Shown here one piece after another: positions 1-8,427 of a DNA stretch of 53,144 bases; position 1 is the stretch's first letter, and every line of letters begins with the position of its first letter. Made by a program: the position numbers and the translations under genes. The notes below the pieces were generated by a model. It worked only from the letters and a program-made list of their open reading frames with translations, did no database searches and was not told the origin of the DNA. Source of the DNA: Gemmatimonadota bacterium (lineage in GTDB: Bacteria; Gemmatimonadota; Gemmatimonadetes; Palauibacterales; Palauibacteraceae); assembly GCA_039585915.1 (NCBI GenBank), contig JBDGUZ010000001.1, positions 1 to 53,144 on the forward strand, given 5' to 3'.

Positions 1-21
1 GAGCAATCCTCGCCCGGGCGC

Positions 22-1050
22 TCACTGGGCACCTCCCGTGTACAGAACGACTTCTCCGTTCTTCGTGCTCGCCACGTAGAGATCAGTATCGTTCACGATC
101 TCTGCGGCAGTAGGCAGTCGGAGTTCTGGACGCCCCCCAAAGGCTGCTACCTGGGTCTTGGTGTTGCGGTCGAATACGACTACTTGTGCGAGGAGAACGT
201 CCGGTATGAACACCCTTGTGCCCTTGACGGCCAGGTCCCCCGGTCGCGAGAAACCGTCGAAGCATCCGACCATTCCACAATCGCCTTCGCCTGAAATCCG
301 ATCCACGTACGTACCGTCGTACCCGAAAATCTTGACATAGGCGACGGCGGCGTTCGCATTCCCGAAGTCCCCCCAGTCGCTCACGAACACCTCGCCCGCC
401 ACCGGATCCAGCGCGAGCCCCATCGGCGCGAACAGCTGGTCGGGGCTCACGCCCTTGGAAGAGATCGCCCGGATGAACACCCCGTCCGTGTCGAACACGA
501 ACACCTGCCCCGCGCGAACGTCGGAGACGAATAGCAGCCCGGACTCCTCGTCGGCCTCGAGGTCGGACGGTGCCTGCATGCCGGCGTAGCCGATGGAGCC
601 GAGGAAGGCGCCTCCTTCGGCGGCGTACATATCGATTCCGCCGGTATCCCCGTTGCCCACGAAGATCTTGTTCGCGAGCAGTGCAATTCCGGCCGGCCGG
701 CCCTGCGTGTCCAAAGAACTGGTCGGTTGAAGCGACCCGATCGGCACGTACTGGATCGTGTGCGGATCCGCGACCAGGAGGTTGCCGTCGGGCGTGACCG
801 CCATCCGGTTGGGCTTCACGAGCCCGTCGCGCGGGGCCGCGTCCGGGAGGTCCGGCTCCACGGGTCCATCCGGCGGGGGTGGAGGTGGTGGATCTACATC
901 GCACTTCCCCTTCGCCGCCTGTCCCGGGGGACACTCCTTCGCGAATGTCGGCGTCTCCGTGACCTGCCACTCGTCATCCGCGCACGCCCCGACGACGAAC
1001 GCCATGAGGAGCGCGGGCAGAACCCACGAACTGTATGATTTCACCTTCAT
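22..1050 (-). CDS. NHL-repeat / beta-propeller lipoprotein
   Basis: Frame of ORF 22..1281(-), trimmed to the ATG at 1048-1050. This gives MKVKSYSSWVLPALLMAFVVGAC (signal peptide plus lipobox Cys), then a poly-Pro linker (PPPPPPPDGP). Repeated strand motifs follow (LLVADP, IFVGNGD, LLFVSDV, VFVSDWG, VFIPDV, LYVAST), as in NHL-type propellers. The 77 upstream codons are Arg/His-rich and not protein-like. Confidence 0.75.
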   Translation of the reverse strand: MKVKSYSSWVLPALLMAFVVGACADDEWQVTETPTFAKECPPGQAAKGKCDVDPPPPPPPDGPVEPDLPDAAPRDGLVKPNRMAVTPDGNLLVADPHTIQYVPIGSLQPTSSLDTQGRPAGIALLANKIFVGNGDTGGIDMYAAEGGAFLGSIGYAGMQAPSDLEADEESGLLFVSDVRAGQVFVFDTDGVFIRAISSKGVSPDQLFAPMGLALDPVAGEVFVSDWGDFGNANAAVAYVKIFGYDGTYVDRISGEGDCGMVGCFDGFSRPGDLAVKGTRVFIPDVLLAQVVVFDRNTKTQVAAFGGRPELRLPTAAEIVNDTDLYVASTKNGEVVLYTGGAQ

Positions 1051-1669
1051 GCTTTGAATCTCCTGTAGGGCCGTATAGACTCGGTAAATATACCGAGCAA
1101 GAACCCTGCCGCGAAACTCATCCCATAACTCGGTCTGATGCCCTGACTTCCGGGCCGAAACATGTGTCGTATCGTCCCGATTGGGTATCTTTGTCCCATT
1201 CGGTGCGAAGCGTTGGAACCGTAGTGGATTACGGTGTGGCAATGAGGCGTGGCGAAATTCCGTCAATTCGACGCCGGGCACGGCGGTTCAGGAACACCTG
1301 GAATGGCCAGCCGCAGTGACTCTGGCATGGTAACTGCGACTCCCGGACGAGCGCGGACGTCCGTCGTCGTGCTTGCTCTCCAAAGCGTATGACCCGGTGC
1401 GGCGGCGGGCGTTCGACTCTTTCCACTTCTCCTTTCAGCGGCATTGGTTACGTCACGGCAGGTGCCACACCCATCTATGGCACCCGGCCCCTTTATCGTT
1501 CGTCATATCGGAGTCCGGCAGACTGCGCCCCTGACCTACTTCGTAAGGCGCGCATGTACGTGTTGCAGACGCTCGGGGCTGTCGCCCTCCCCACCAGGAA
1601 TCGGGGGACGACCTCACGCACCGCCGGTTTCCGACCGCCGATGGCCTCACGGCAGAGGCATGGGGGCGG

Positions 1670-2104
1670 GTGCCACTGACCGGCGCCCACTTCCAGACCT
1701 GGAGCCTCTATCTGGCGGGCGGGACGCTCCGCGATCCGGCTACCGGGGAGCGCCACCTCGAGGATCGGTCGGGGTGGATCCAGTTGATCTCGGAGGGAGC
1801 GGCCCGTCCCCCTACCGCGTTTCTGATCTTGCAGTCGCTGTACGCCTCCGTCCCCGAGCCGGGCCGAATCGGCAGGTGGCACCTCCACACCCTCGAGGTG
1901 CACCCCGATGGAACGGCCGAGTGGGTTATCGACGGCCGGCGACACGCCTCCATCCGCACCGAGCAGCCGTTGCCGGACAGCGTGGACGTGGCGATCGAAG
2001 GCCGCACCGTCGGCACTGACGTCGAGCACGGGAAGCTGCGGGTATGGCTGGGGATCCGGTACGGGCCGGCTCGGGCTCATCCACAATCGAGCGCCTCGCC
2101 TTAG
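1670..2104 (+). CDS. hypothetical protein, possible concanavalin/LamG-like beta-sandwich remnant
   Basis: GTG-initiated ORF with coding-like GC3. The text WHLHTLEVHPDGTAEWVIDGRR...VAIEGRTVG resembles C-terminal strands of LamG/DUF1080-type domains. There is no signal peptide and no clear N-terminus, and the ~620 nt upstream lacks a convincing ORF. Confidence 0.35.
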   Translation: MPLTGAHFQTWSLYLAGGTLRDPATGERHLEDRSGWIQLISEGAARPPTAFLILQSLYASVPEPGRIGRWHLHTLEVHPDGTAEWVIDGRRHASIRTEQPLPDSVDVAIEGRTVGTDVEHGKLRVWLGIRYGPARAHPQSSASP

Positions 2105-2120
2105 CCTGATCCCGAGGATA

Positions 2121-2150
2121 ACGGTTCCGCGGAACCGTTTCCGCGGAAAC
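2121..2150. repeat. two abutting perfect palindromes, ACGGTTCCGCGGAACCGT (2121-2138) and GTTTCCGCGGAAAC (2137-2150)
   Basis: Read directly; each is its own reverse complement. They lie between convergent ORF ends (2104 and 2165). The same core recurs at 4679-4696. They could be hairpin terminators or protein-binding sites. Confidence 0.8.
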
Positions 2151-2164
2151 ATCCGGGATTGGAC

Positions 2165-2587
2165 TCAGAGGCGTGTCTGATTCCGCGCCCGGTGAAACAC
2201 GAACCCCAGCAGGAACAGGCACCCCGCAGCGATGTGCGCGACTGCCATCGGCTCCAGCAAACCAGGGGAAGTAAGGACCTGAAGCAGATATCCGGTCACC
2301 ACCATGGGAAGGATCGTCCACACCATCACCAGCCCTGTCCGTCGTCCATCCGGCTGGCGGTCGCGCAGGTGCGGAACGATATGACGGGTAGTCACGAGTC
2401 CGACCGCGAACAGAAACAGTGGCGCCGCGAGCACGTGAAGCTTGAGAAACCAGGGTTCGAGCGGATGATTGACGACGGCCCATGGGTCCTCGGAATCCGC
2501 GATGTACTTCGCCCAGGTGAATCCGAGGCCGGTCAGTGACACGGCGATCGTCGAGACCCACAGCGACCAGCGCTCGAACCGGGTCAC
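2165..2587 (-). CDS. 4-TM His-containing membrane protein (DUF4405 / cytochrome-b-like architecture)
   Basis: The GTG start overlaps the upstream stop (GTGA). Four hydrophobic helices are visible (WSLWVSTIAVSLTGLGF, LHVLAAPLFLFAVGLV, GLVMVWTILPMVVTGYLLQVL, AVAHIAAGCLFLLGFVF), with His in or near them. The family name is from memory and unverified. Confidence 0.7.
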   Translation of the reverse strand: MTRFERWSLWVSTIAVSLTGLGFTWAKYIADSEDPWAVVNHPLEPWFLKLHVLAAPLFLFAVGLVTTRHIVPHLRDRQPDGRRTGLVMVWTILPMVVTGYLLQVLTSPGLLEPMAVAHIAAGCLFLLGFVFHRARNQTRL

Positions 2588-3201
2588 TGGCTGCCTGCTT
2601 CGGACGGAGCTTCGGCCGCCGCGAACGGCCGGATCACCTCGTGCAGGGCGAGACTCCTGCGGACCGCGCCGGAAGTCGAGTGGGCCGTGAGGGTGGCCCC
2701 GGTGATCAGTGGGATGTCGCCCCGTGTCGAGGTACGCTCATCGAGTCCGCGTCCGGTGAACAGCTCGATCCAGCCGTCCGGCGCCATGTACTCCGGCGGC
2801 TCGGCGAATCCCAGCACCTCGATCTGCGACACTAATCCATCGGGACTGACGACTACCATCAGGACTTCCTGCATCGTGCGAACCCTGTGCGCATCGAAGT
2901 ACGCGGCGCCCATCGGCCGCTCTCCGTCGAAACCCACGTAGTAGGTGACCACCGAGCGCCGGCTCCGTCCCGCGGGCTCGGCCAGCCGGTTCACGTCGGC
3001 GAGTTCCTCCTCGCTCAGGAACGCGGTGCGCCGTTCCACGGCGGCCGGCTCGGGAAACGCTATCGCCAGGGCCTGTTCCTGGGTCAGCAGCACCTGTGAA
3101 TCAGCTTCCACCGGCGCCCCGAGGGTCGCCGCGAGCCAGAGGGCCCCCGCCAGGCTCGATCGCCCGATATGCAACTCAGAACATGTAGCTGAGCGAGACA
3201 C
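2584..3201 (-). CDS. secreted FMN-binding domain protein
   Basis: Signal peptide SSLAGALWLAATLGAPVEA. LITGATLTAHST matches the FMN_bind flavinylation motif (SGATLT of NqrC/RnfG). The start is uncertain: GTG at 3201 overlaps the porin gene by 26 nt, and TTG at 3174 is an alternative. Confidence 0.8.
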   Translation of the reverse strand: MSRSATCSELHIGRSSLAGALWLAATLGAPVEADSQVLLTQEQALAIAFPEPAAVERRTAFLSEEELADVNRLAEPAGRSRRSVVTYYVGFDGERPMGAAYFDAHRVRTMQEVLMVVVSPDGLVSQIEVLGFAEPPEYMAPDGWIELFTGRGLDERTSTRGDIPLITGATLTAHSTSGAVRRSLALHEVIRPFAAAEAPSEAGSQ

Positions 3202-4567
3202 TGAATCGATCCACGCCGGTATTCGCGGCGTTGGAGGCGAAGGTGTAGTCCGCTTTGAGTGCGATGTTCGGGATCGGCAGCACCTGGGCCCCCGCGCTGA
3301 TCAGCGTGCGGTCGTTGGCGGGGTCGGCCTCGAAACCTTCCGGGACCTCCTGTTGCGTGTTGATCTGTTCGTAGCGCACGTACGGCATCAGCAGCACGTC
3401 TGTCCGTACCGAGCGCAGGACGTCATAACCCGCTTGCAGGTACCAGCCGGTCAGCCGCTCTCCGATCGACTCGTCGCCGGTGAGATCGTTGGCTGCATTG
3501 AGCGCGGAGACATCGGCCACGGTGGAGACCGCGAACAGACCTCGCAGGTCGAGTCCACGCCATCGATAGCCGGCGTGCCCCTCGACGATCAGCGTTGCGG
3601 CGCCGATCGTCTCGCCCGGAGCGGTCGGGTCCGCGGCGCCCTGGCCGGAGCCCCCGTAGTAGCCGGATGCTCCTATGATCAGGCCCGGAACACCCGTCCA
3701 GTCCACGCGCCCGGTCGCTGCGAAGTCCTCCGCCAGCGCCTTCGAGCCCTTCTGCCTCCCGCCGCGCAGGCCTCCGCCGGCGAACCCGGAGCCGTCGAGC
3801 CCGTTCACGATGAACGCGCGCCAGTCGAAGTCTCCCGCGCTCCCGAACAGGCCGACACCGAGCTCGCGCCAGGTGGTCGGGATGATCCGGAGCTCCGTCT
3901 CGGGACGCGACACGCCCAGATATGTGGGCGGTTCGTGGAGCTCGTTGATGAACCCCATCGGCAGCAGCACGAGGCCGCCGCGCGCTCCCGTGCTGCCCTG
4001 CAGGCCGTGCCATCGCCAGTCGATGTAAGCGAATTCCAGCGACACCGAGCCGTCCTCGGAGGTGCTGCCGTGCTCGAATTCCACCTCAGAATTGAACAGG
4101 AACCGGTCGTCGAACTTGTAGCCGAAGTACAGCACGCCTCGCAGCGCGTCGATCTGGTCCGAGACGCCGGATGGGGTCCCGTCTTCCCGCGTCGCTGCCG
4201 GGTTCGTGTATACGAACTCGCCGTACCCACCGATCGATACGCCCTGTTCGGCCCGGTAGACCTTCGAGGCGGCCGGCCCGAGCCCGAACCCTATCGTGTC
4301 GGCCTTTGCGGTCACGTCGTCTCCAAGCCGCAATGCCTCAAGCTCGCGGGTGATCGCATCGATCTGCCGCCGGATCGCTTCCATGTCCAGGCTGTCGGGA
4401 CTCGCATCCAGCCGGCTGAGGAGCTCTTCGACCTGGCCTTCGAGCCGCTCGATCCGGGTGTCGATCGGTTCGTCGGGCTCCTGCGCCGCCACGGGTCGCG
4501 CGAGTACCAGCGCCATTCCACACAACAGAACAAGGAACGCGTCACGTCGGGGGTGCGTGGTGCGCAT
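3176..4567 (-). CDS. outer-membrane porin with N-terminal coiled coil (phosphate-selective porin O/P-like)
   Basis: ATG start and signal peptide FLVLLCGMALVLARPVAAQ. A coiled-coil stretch follows (IERLEGQVEELLSRLD...ITRELEALR). The rest is G/Y/F-rich with an alternating beta-strand pattern, ending in the aromatic terminus VSLSYMF. Confidence 0.8.
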   Translation of the reverse strand: MRTTHPRRDAFLVLLCGMALVLARPVAAQEPDEPIDTRIERLEGQVEELLSRLDASPDSLDMEAIRRQIDAITRELEALRLGDDVTAKADTIGFGLGPAASKVYRAEQGVSIGGYGEFVYTNPAATREDGTPSGVSDQIDALRGVLYFGYKFDDRFLFNSEVEFEHGSTSEDGSVSLEFAYIDWRWHGLQGSTGARGGLVLLPMGFINELHEPPTYLGVSRPETELRIIPTTWRELGVGLFGSAGDFDWRAFIVNGLDGSGFAGGGLRGGRQKGSKALAEDFAATGRVDWTGVPGLIIGASGYYGGSGQGAADPTAPGETIGAATLIVEGHAGYRWRGLDLRGLFAVSTVADVSALNAANDLTGDESIGERLTGWYLQAGYDVLRSVRTDVLLMPYVRYEQINTQQEVPEGFEADPANDRTLISAGAQVLPIPNIALKADYTFASNAANTGVDRFSVSLSYMF

Positions 4568-4678
4568 CGCTTCACTCGGGAATTCTGGGGTACTGCAGGC
4601 CTCGGAACCCGCAGTTGAAACTCGTTCTCAAACAGACGAAATGCTATGATCCTTAGGAGGATCCGTCAAGCATACGAA

Positions 4679-4696
4679 ACGTTTCCGCGGAAACGT
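4679..4696. promoter_or_regulatory. 18-nt perfect palindrome ACGTTTCCGCGGAAACGT in a divergent promoter region
   Basis: Read directly. It sits between the porin start (4567, -) and the HsmA-family start (4768, +). It shares the TTCCGCGGAA core with 2121-2150. An ACGTTTC half-site recurs at about 4755 just before the ATG. Confidence 0.6.
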
Positions 4697-4767
4697 CCAA
4701 CGGGGCTCGAGCACGGTCGGGGGCCAGCCCGCTGACCCGCACCGGCCGCGCTGATACGTTTCATCCC

Positions 4768-5148
4768 ATGAATATCCTGATGATCGCCTCGGCGACGCTG
4801 ATCACCCTCGCGCTCGTGTTCTATACCGTGGGGGTGTGGTCCGAGCGGATCGCCCGGTACCTGAAGCCGTGGCACGTCGTCACCTTCTGGATCGGGTTTG
4901 CCTTCGACCTTGCGGGCACCCTCCACATGCACATGATGTCCGAGGGCCAGTTCAACCTGCTCGATTCGCACACGCTTACCGGGCAGATCGCTCTGTGGCT
5001 GATGCTGGCCCACGCGATCTGGGCCACGAAGGTGTCGCGCACGGGCAGCGAAGAGCAGCGCCGCAACTTCCACCGCTACAGCCTGGTCGTGTGGCTGATC
5101 TGGCTGATTCCCTACTTCGGGGGCTGGTACCTGGGGATGAGCGGATAA
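4768..5148 (+). CDS. HsmA-family (TIGR03987-like) integral membrane protein
   Basis: 126 aa with 4 TM helices. The text FYTVGVWSERIARYLKPWHVVTFWIGFAFDLAGTLHMHMM...HAIWATK matches my memory of the HsmA/TIGR03987 family. Confidence 0.7.
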   Translation: MNILMIASATLITLALVFYTVGVWSERIARYLKPWHVVTFWIGFAFDLAGTLHMHMMSEGQFNLLDSHTLTGQIALWLMLAHAIWATKVSRTGSEEQRRNFHRYSLVVWLIWLIPYFGGWYLGMSG

Positions 5149-5278
5149 GGAACGATGAACCCGGCGCGGAACTTGCTCATGTATGGTCCGGTACCGTAGC
5201 GTTAGACAGCGACCCCGGCCGTACCGGGAACGCAATCCGAGGCGAACCGACAGCTTCAACTGGAGAACCCGCGAGCCC

Positions 5279-5662
5279 GTGTTTCACGCGCGTCGAAATC
5301 CGTTTGCCGGCTTGATGTTGCTGGCGATTCTCACCCCGCTGCTCGCGGCGGGGCCGGGAATGCCGTGCGCCGGCGAGGATTCGGAGCATCACGAGTCCGT
5401 GGGGCACGTCGTGGATCACGATCACGCGGCGATGCAGGCGGATATGCACATGGCCGGCGTGACGCAGGCTCCCGACACGGACGAGGATGCCCCTGAGCCG
5501 ATGTCGTGCTCGATGGGCATGATGTGCTCCGGAACGGTCGTCACTCCGCTGTCGGCGGTGTTCGCCGCGGCGCCGGCAGTGAGCTCGGCGCAGGTCTCCA
5601 CGACCCTGTGGGCGCCGCACCTGTCCGACCTCTCTCTTCCGGATCGACCCCCCAGGGCCTGA
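5279..5662 (+). CDS. secreted Met/His-rich small protein (putative periplasmic metal-binding accessory of the cus operon)
   Basis: In frame with ORF 5183..5662. GTG at 5279 (or ATG at 5315) gives the signal peptide VFHARRNPFAGLMLLAILTPLLAAGPG. The mature part is rich in H/M/C/D (HHESVGHVVDHDHAAMQADMHMAG, MSCSMGMMCSG). It lies directly upstream of cusC. Confidence 0.55.
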   Translation: MFHARRNPFAGLMLLAILTPLLAAGPGMPCAGEDSEHHESVGHVVDHDHAAMQADMHMAGVTQAPDTDEDAPEPMSCSMGMMCSGTVVTPLSAVFAAAPAVSSAQVSTTLWAPHLSDLSLPDRPPRA

Positions 5663-5752
5663 CCCCGATCTGACAGTTCGAGTACCGATTCCGGGTTCGC
5701 GCAGGCGTGACCCCGGGCCGGTGGATGCATCACGCTCAGGGGAGGGGTCCCC

Positions 5753-7132
5753 GTGTACCGACATATTGGCAGGTCCATCGCGGCCATCGGGCTCGCAATA
5801 GCAATTGTGCCCGCGTCGCTCGCGGCCCGCACGACGGCCCCGGCGCCGTTGCCGGCACAGGCAGGGCCGACAGCCGAATCCGACACGCTCCGGCTCACCG
5901 ATGCGGTAGCCGCGGCCCGCACCGCGAATCCGGCCGTGCAGGCATCCCGTCTGCGGGCCGAGGCGGAACGCGAGTACGTATCGCCCGCCGGCGCGCTGCC
6001 CGACCCGGTGCTCGAGCTCGGCCTGCTCAACCGGCCGCTCGACGACTTCGGGACTGACGAGCGCATGACGATGAACGTCATCGGGCTGAAGCAGGCGTTC
6101 CCGTGGCCCGGCAACCAGGGGTTCTCCGGGGAGGCCCGGCAGCACGCTGCCCGGGCCGCGGAGCTGGATGCCGCGGAGGTGGAGGCGCAGGTCGTGGCCC
6201 GCACCCGCGCGGTGCATGCGCGTCTCGGCTACCTGGACCGGGCGATCATGATCACCTCCGACACGCGCGACATGCTGCGGGACTTCCTCGAGGTCGCCGA
6301 GACCCGGTACGCCTCGGGCTCGGGGGTGCAGCAGGACCTTCTCCAGGCACAGGTCGCGGTTGGGCGCACCACGGCAGACCTGGCGGCGATGGAACAGGAG
6401 CGGGTCGCCACCGCGGCGCGGCTGAACGCGCTGATGGGCCGGCCCGCGGGCGAGCCGATCCCGGCCGTGGACCTGCCGTTGCCGGGCGGTGAAGCGCTGC
6501 CGCTCGACTCGCTGATGGTCCTGGCGCAGTCCGGTCGGCCCGCCCTCGCTGCCGCTCAGGAGCGGGCCCTGGCCGCGGAGGCTTCCTACCGCGCAGCCGG
6601 GCGCTCCGCATATCCGGACTTCGAGCTGCGCGTCGCGTACGGACAGAGGCCTCAATACACGGACATGGGCTCGATCGCGCTCGGCGTGTCGCTGCCGATC
6701 TGGGGCGGCTCGAAGGACAAGCCGCTCGAGCGTGCCGCCGCGGCGAACCAGGCGGAGAAGGGTGCCCGGGCGCTCGAGCTGCACTACGAGACCTGGGCCC
6801 GGCTGGGCGAGCTGCGGGCCGCCGATGAGCGCGCCCGGACGCTGGAGGAGATCTACCGGGTTCAGATCCTCCCGCAGGCCGAGGCGGCCGTCGAGTCGGC
6901 GCTCGGCGCCTACCAGGTGGGCTCGGTGGACTACGCCACGCTGCTCGACGCGCGGCTCACGGTGAACCGATACGCGATCGACCGCGTACGCCTCGCCGCT
7001 GAGCGGCTCCAGGCGACGGCCGAGATCGAGGCCCTGACACGGGCATCGGCGCTCGATCCGTCAGATCTCGACTCGCAGACGCTCGACGCAGATACGCAGA
7101 ACTTCGATTCCAGCATGGGAGGCGACCGATGA
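5753..7132 (+). CDS. cusC: TolC-family outer-membrane efflux protein (CusC/CzcC-like)
   Basis: GTG start preceded by AGGGGAGGGG, with a signal peptide. Two OEP-type repeats are visible (LTDAVAAARTANPAVQ..., YQVGSVDYATLLDARLT). Its stop overlaps the adaptor gene start. Confidence 0.9.
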   Translation: MYRHIGRSIAAIGLAIAIVPASLAARTTAPAPLPAQAGPTAESDTLRLTDAVAAARTANPAVQASRLRAEAEREYVSPAGALPDPVLELGLLNRPLDDFGTDERMTMNVIGLKQAFPWPGNQGFSGEARQHAARAAELDAAEVEAQVVARTRAVHARLGYLDRAIMITSDTRDMLRDFLEVAETRYASGSGVQQDLLQAQVAVGRTTADLAAMEQERVATAARLNALMGRPAGEPIPAVDLPLPGGEALPLDSLMVLAQSGRPALAAAQERALAAEASYRAAGRSAYPDFELRVAYGQRPQYTDMGSIALGVSLPIWGGSKDKPLERAAAANQAEKGARALELHYETWARLGELRAADERARTLEEIYRVQILPQAEAAVESALGAYQVGSVDYATLLDARLTVNRYAIDRVRLAAERLQATAEIEALTRASALDPSDLDSQTLDADTQNFDSSMGGDR

Positions 7133-8427
7133 TTCGCCCCGTTCGATATATCCGATCGACGCTTTCGCTCCTGCTGCTCGCCTTCGCCCTCGGCGCCTGT
7201 GCCGGCGAGCCCGCCGGCGACGCCGCTTCCGATGCCGTGGCCCCCGCGGAGATGGACCACTCGCAGCACCAGATGGGGGCCGGCGGAGCCACGGACTCCA
7301 CCGGAGCCGCCGCGCGGGAGCCCGTGAGCCTGACCGCCGCGCAGGAGCGGGCTCTCGGGGTCACCTACACGCAGGTGTCCCGCAGTCCGCTCGAGACTTC
7401 GGTCCGCACGGTGGGCCGGATCGAGGCGTCCGAGGAGAGACTCGCCGACGTCACTCCGAAGATCGACGGCTTTGTTGAGCGGCTCCACGTGAGCACCACC
7501 GGAGAAGCCGTGCATCGCGGGCAGGCTCTTCTCACGCTGTACAGTCCGGAGCTCGTCGCTGCCCAGGAAGAGCTGCTCACGGTGCTGCGGCTCCGCGACC
7601 GGCTGGACGCCGAGTCCGGCCCGGCGCGCGATAACGCCGACCGGATGGTGGAAGCGGCCCGCAAGCGACTCTCCTGGTGGGACATCACCGATGTCCAGAT
7701 CGAGCGACTCGTCTCGTCCGGGGAAGCCACCAAGACCCTCACCCTCGTATCGCCGGTCAGCGGGGTGGTGCTCGAGAAGCTGGTAGTCGAGGGGCAAAGG
7801 GTGCTCGCTGGCCAGCAGCTGTACCGGATCGCCGACCTGTCGGAAGTCTGGGTGGAGGGGGACGTATTCGAGCAGGACATCCGGTTCGTCACCGAGGGCT
7901 CGGTGGCCCACATCGAGGTCGCCGCCTACCCCGGGCGTCACTTCATGGGCACGGTTTCGTTCATCTATCCGATCGTCGATCGCGGCAGCCGGACGAACCG
8001 GGTGCGCGTCACCCTCTCCAACCCGGACCTCGATCTGAAGCCGGGGATGTTCGCGACGATCTTCTTCGACGTGCGGATCGACGACGACGCGGTCGTGGTG
8101 CCGATGGAGGCGGTGATCGTCACCGGGGAGCGGAACCTCGTGTTCGTCCGCGAGCCGAACGGCACCCTGCGACCGCAGGAGGTGGTGCTCGGACCGGCCG
8201 CCGGGGAGCGGGTGGAGATCCTCGAGGGACTCGTGCCCGGCGAGGAGATCGTGGCTTCGGCCAACTTCCTGGTGGACGCGGAGTCGCGCCTCGCGGCGAC
8301 GGGCGGCGGGATGCCCGGCATGCAGCACGGGACGATGGAAATGGCACCGGCGGAACCGACCGACGCTCCCGAGCCGGCCGATGCTCCCGAGCCCGAGCCG
8401 ATGGGCGCGGAGCACGATCATGATTGA
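7129..8427 (+). CDS. cusB: efflux RND periplasmic adaptor (CusB-like)
   Basis: Lipoprotein-like N-terminus (LLLLAFALGAC) followed by a Met/His-rich segment (MDHSQHQM). HlyD/barrel-sandwich motifs are present (GQALLTLYSPELVAAQEE, SPVSGVVLEKLVVEGQRV, FVFV). The acidic Pro-rich tail ends in EHDHD. Confidence 0.9.
   Translation: MIRPVRYIRSTLSLLLLAFALGACAGEPAGDAASDAVAPAEMDHSQHQMGAGGATDSTGAAAREPVSLTAAQERALGVTYTQVSRSPLETSVRTVGRIEASEERLADVTPKIDGFVERLHVSTTGEAVHRGQALLTLYSPELVAAQEELLTVLRLRDRLDAESGPARDNADRMVEAARKRLSWWDITDVQIERLVSSGEATKTLTLVSPVSGVVLEKLVVEGQRVLAGQQLYRIADLSEVWVEGDVFEQDIRFVTEGSVAHIEVAAYPGRHFMGTVSFIYPIVDRGSRTNRVRVTLSNPDLDLKPGMFATIFFDVRIDDDAVVVPMEAVIVTGERNLVFVREPNGTLRPQEVVLGPAAGERVEILEGLVPGEEIVASANFLVDAESRLAATGGGMPGMQHGTMEMAPAEPTDAPEPADAPEPEPMGAEHDHD

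Noticed and set aside
1051-1281. N-terminal 77-codon extension of the NHL ORF (start at 1281)
   Set aside because: The extension is Arg/His-rich and lacks a signal peptide. The internal ATG at 1050 gives a canonical lipoprotein signal.
1411-1419. GTTCGACTC, resembling a tRNA T-loop
   Set aside because: The flanking bases do not form a T-stem, and no acceptor or anticodon arms can be drawn. It is not a tRNA.
1672-1678. GCCACTG, like the cobalamin-riboswitch core
   Set aside because: It is an isolated heptamer at the start of an ORF. I could not find the other conserved riboswitch blocks upstream.
2945-4618. 557-aa + strand ORF
   Set aside because: It is antisense to the porin and FMN-binding genes. 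It has no recognisable domains and a shadow-ORF composition.
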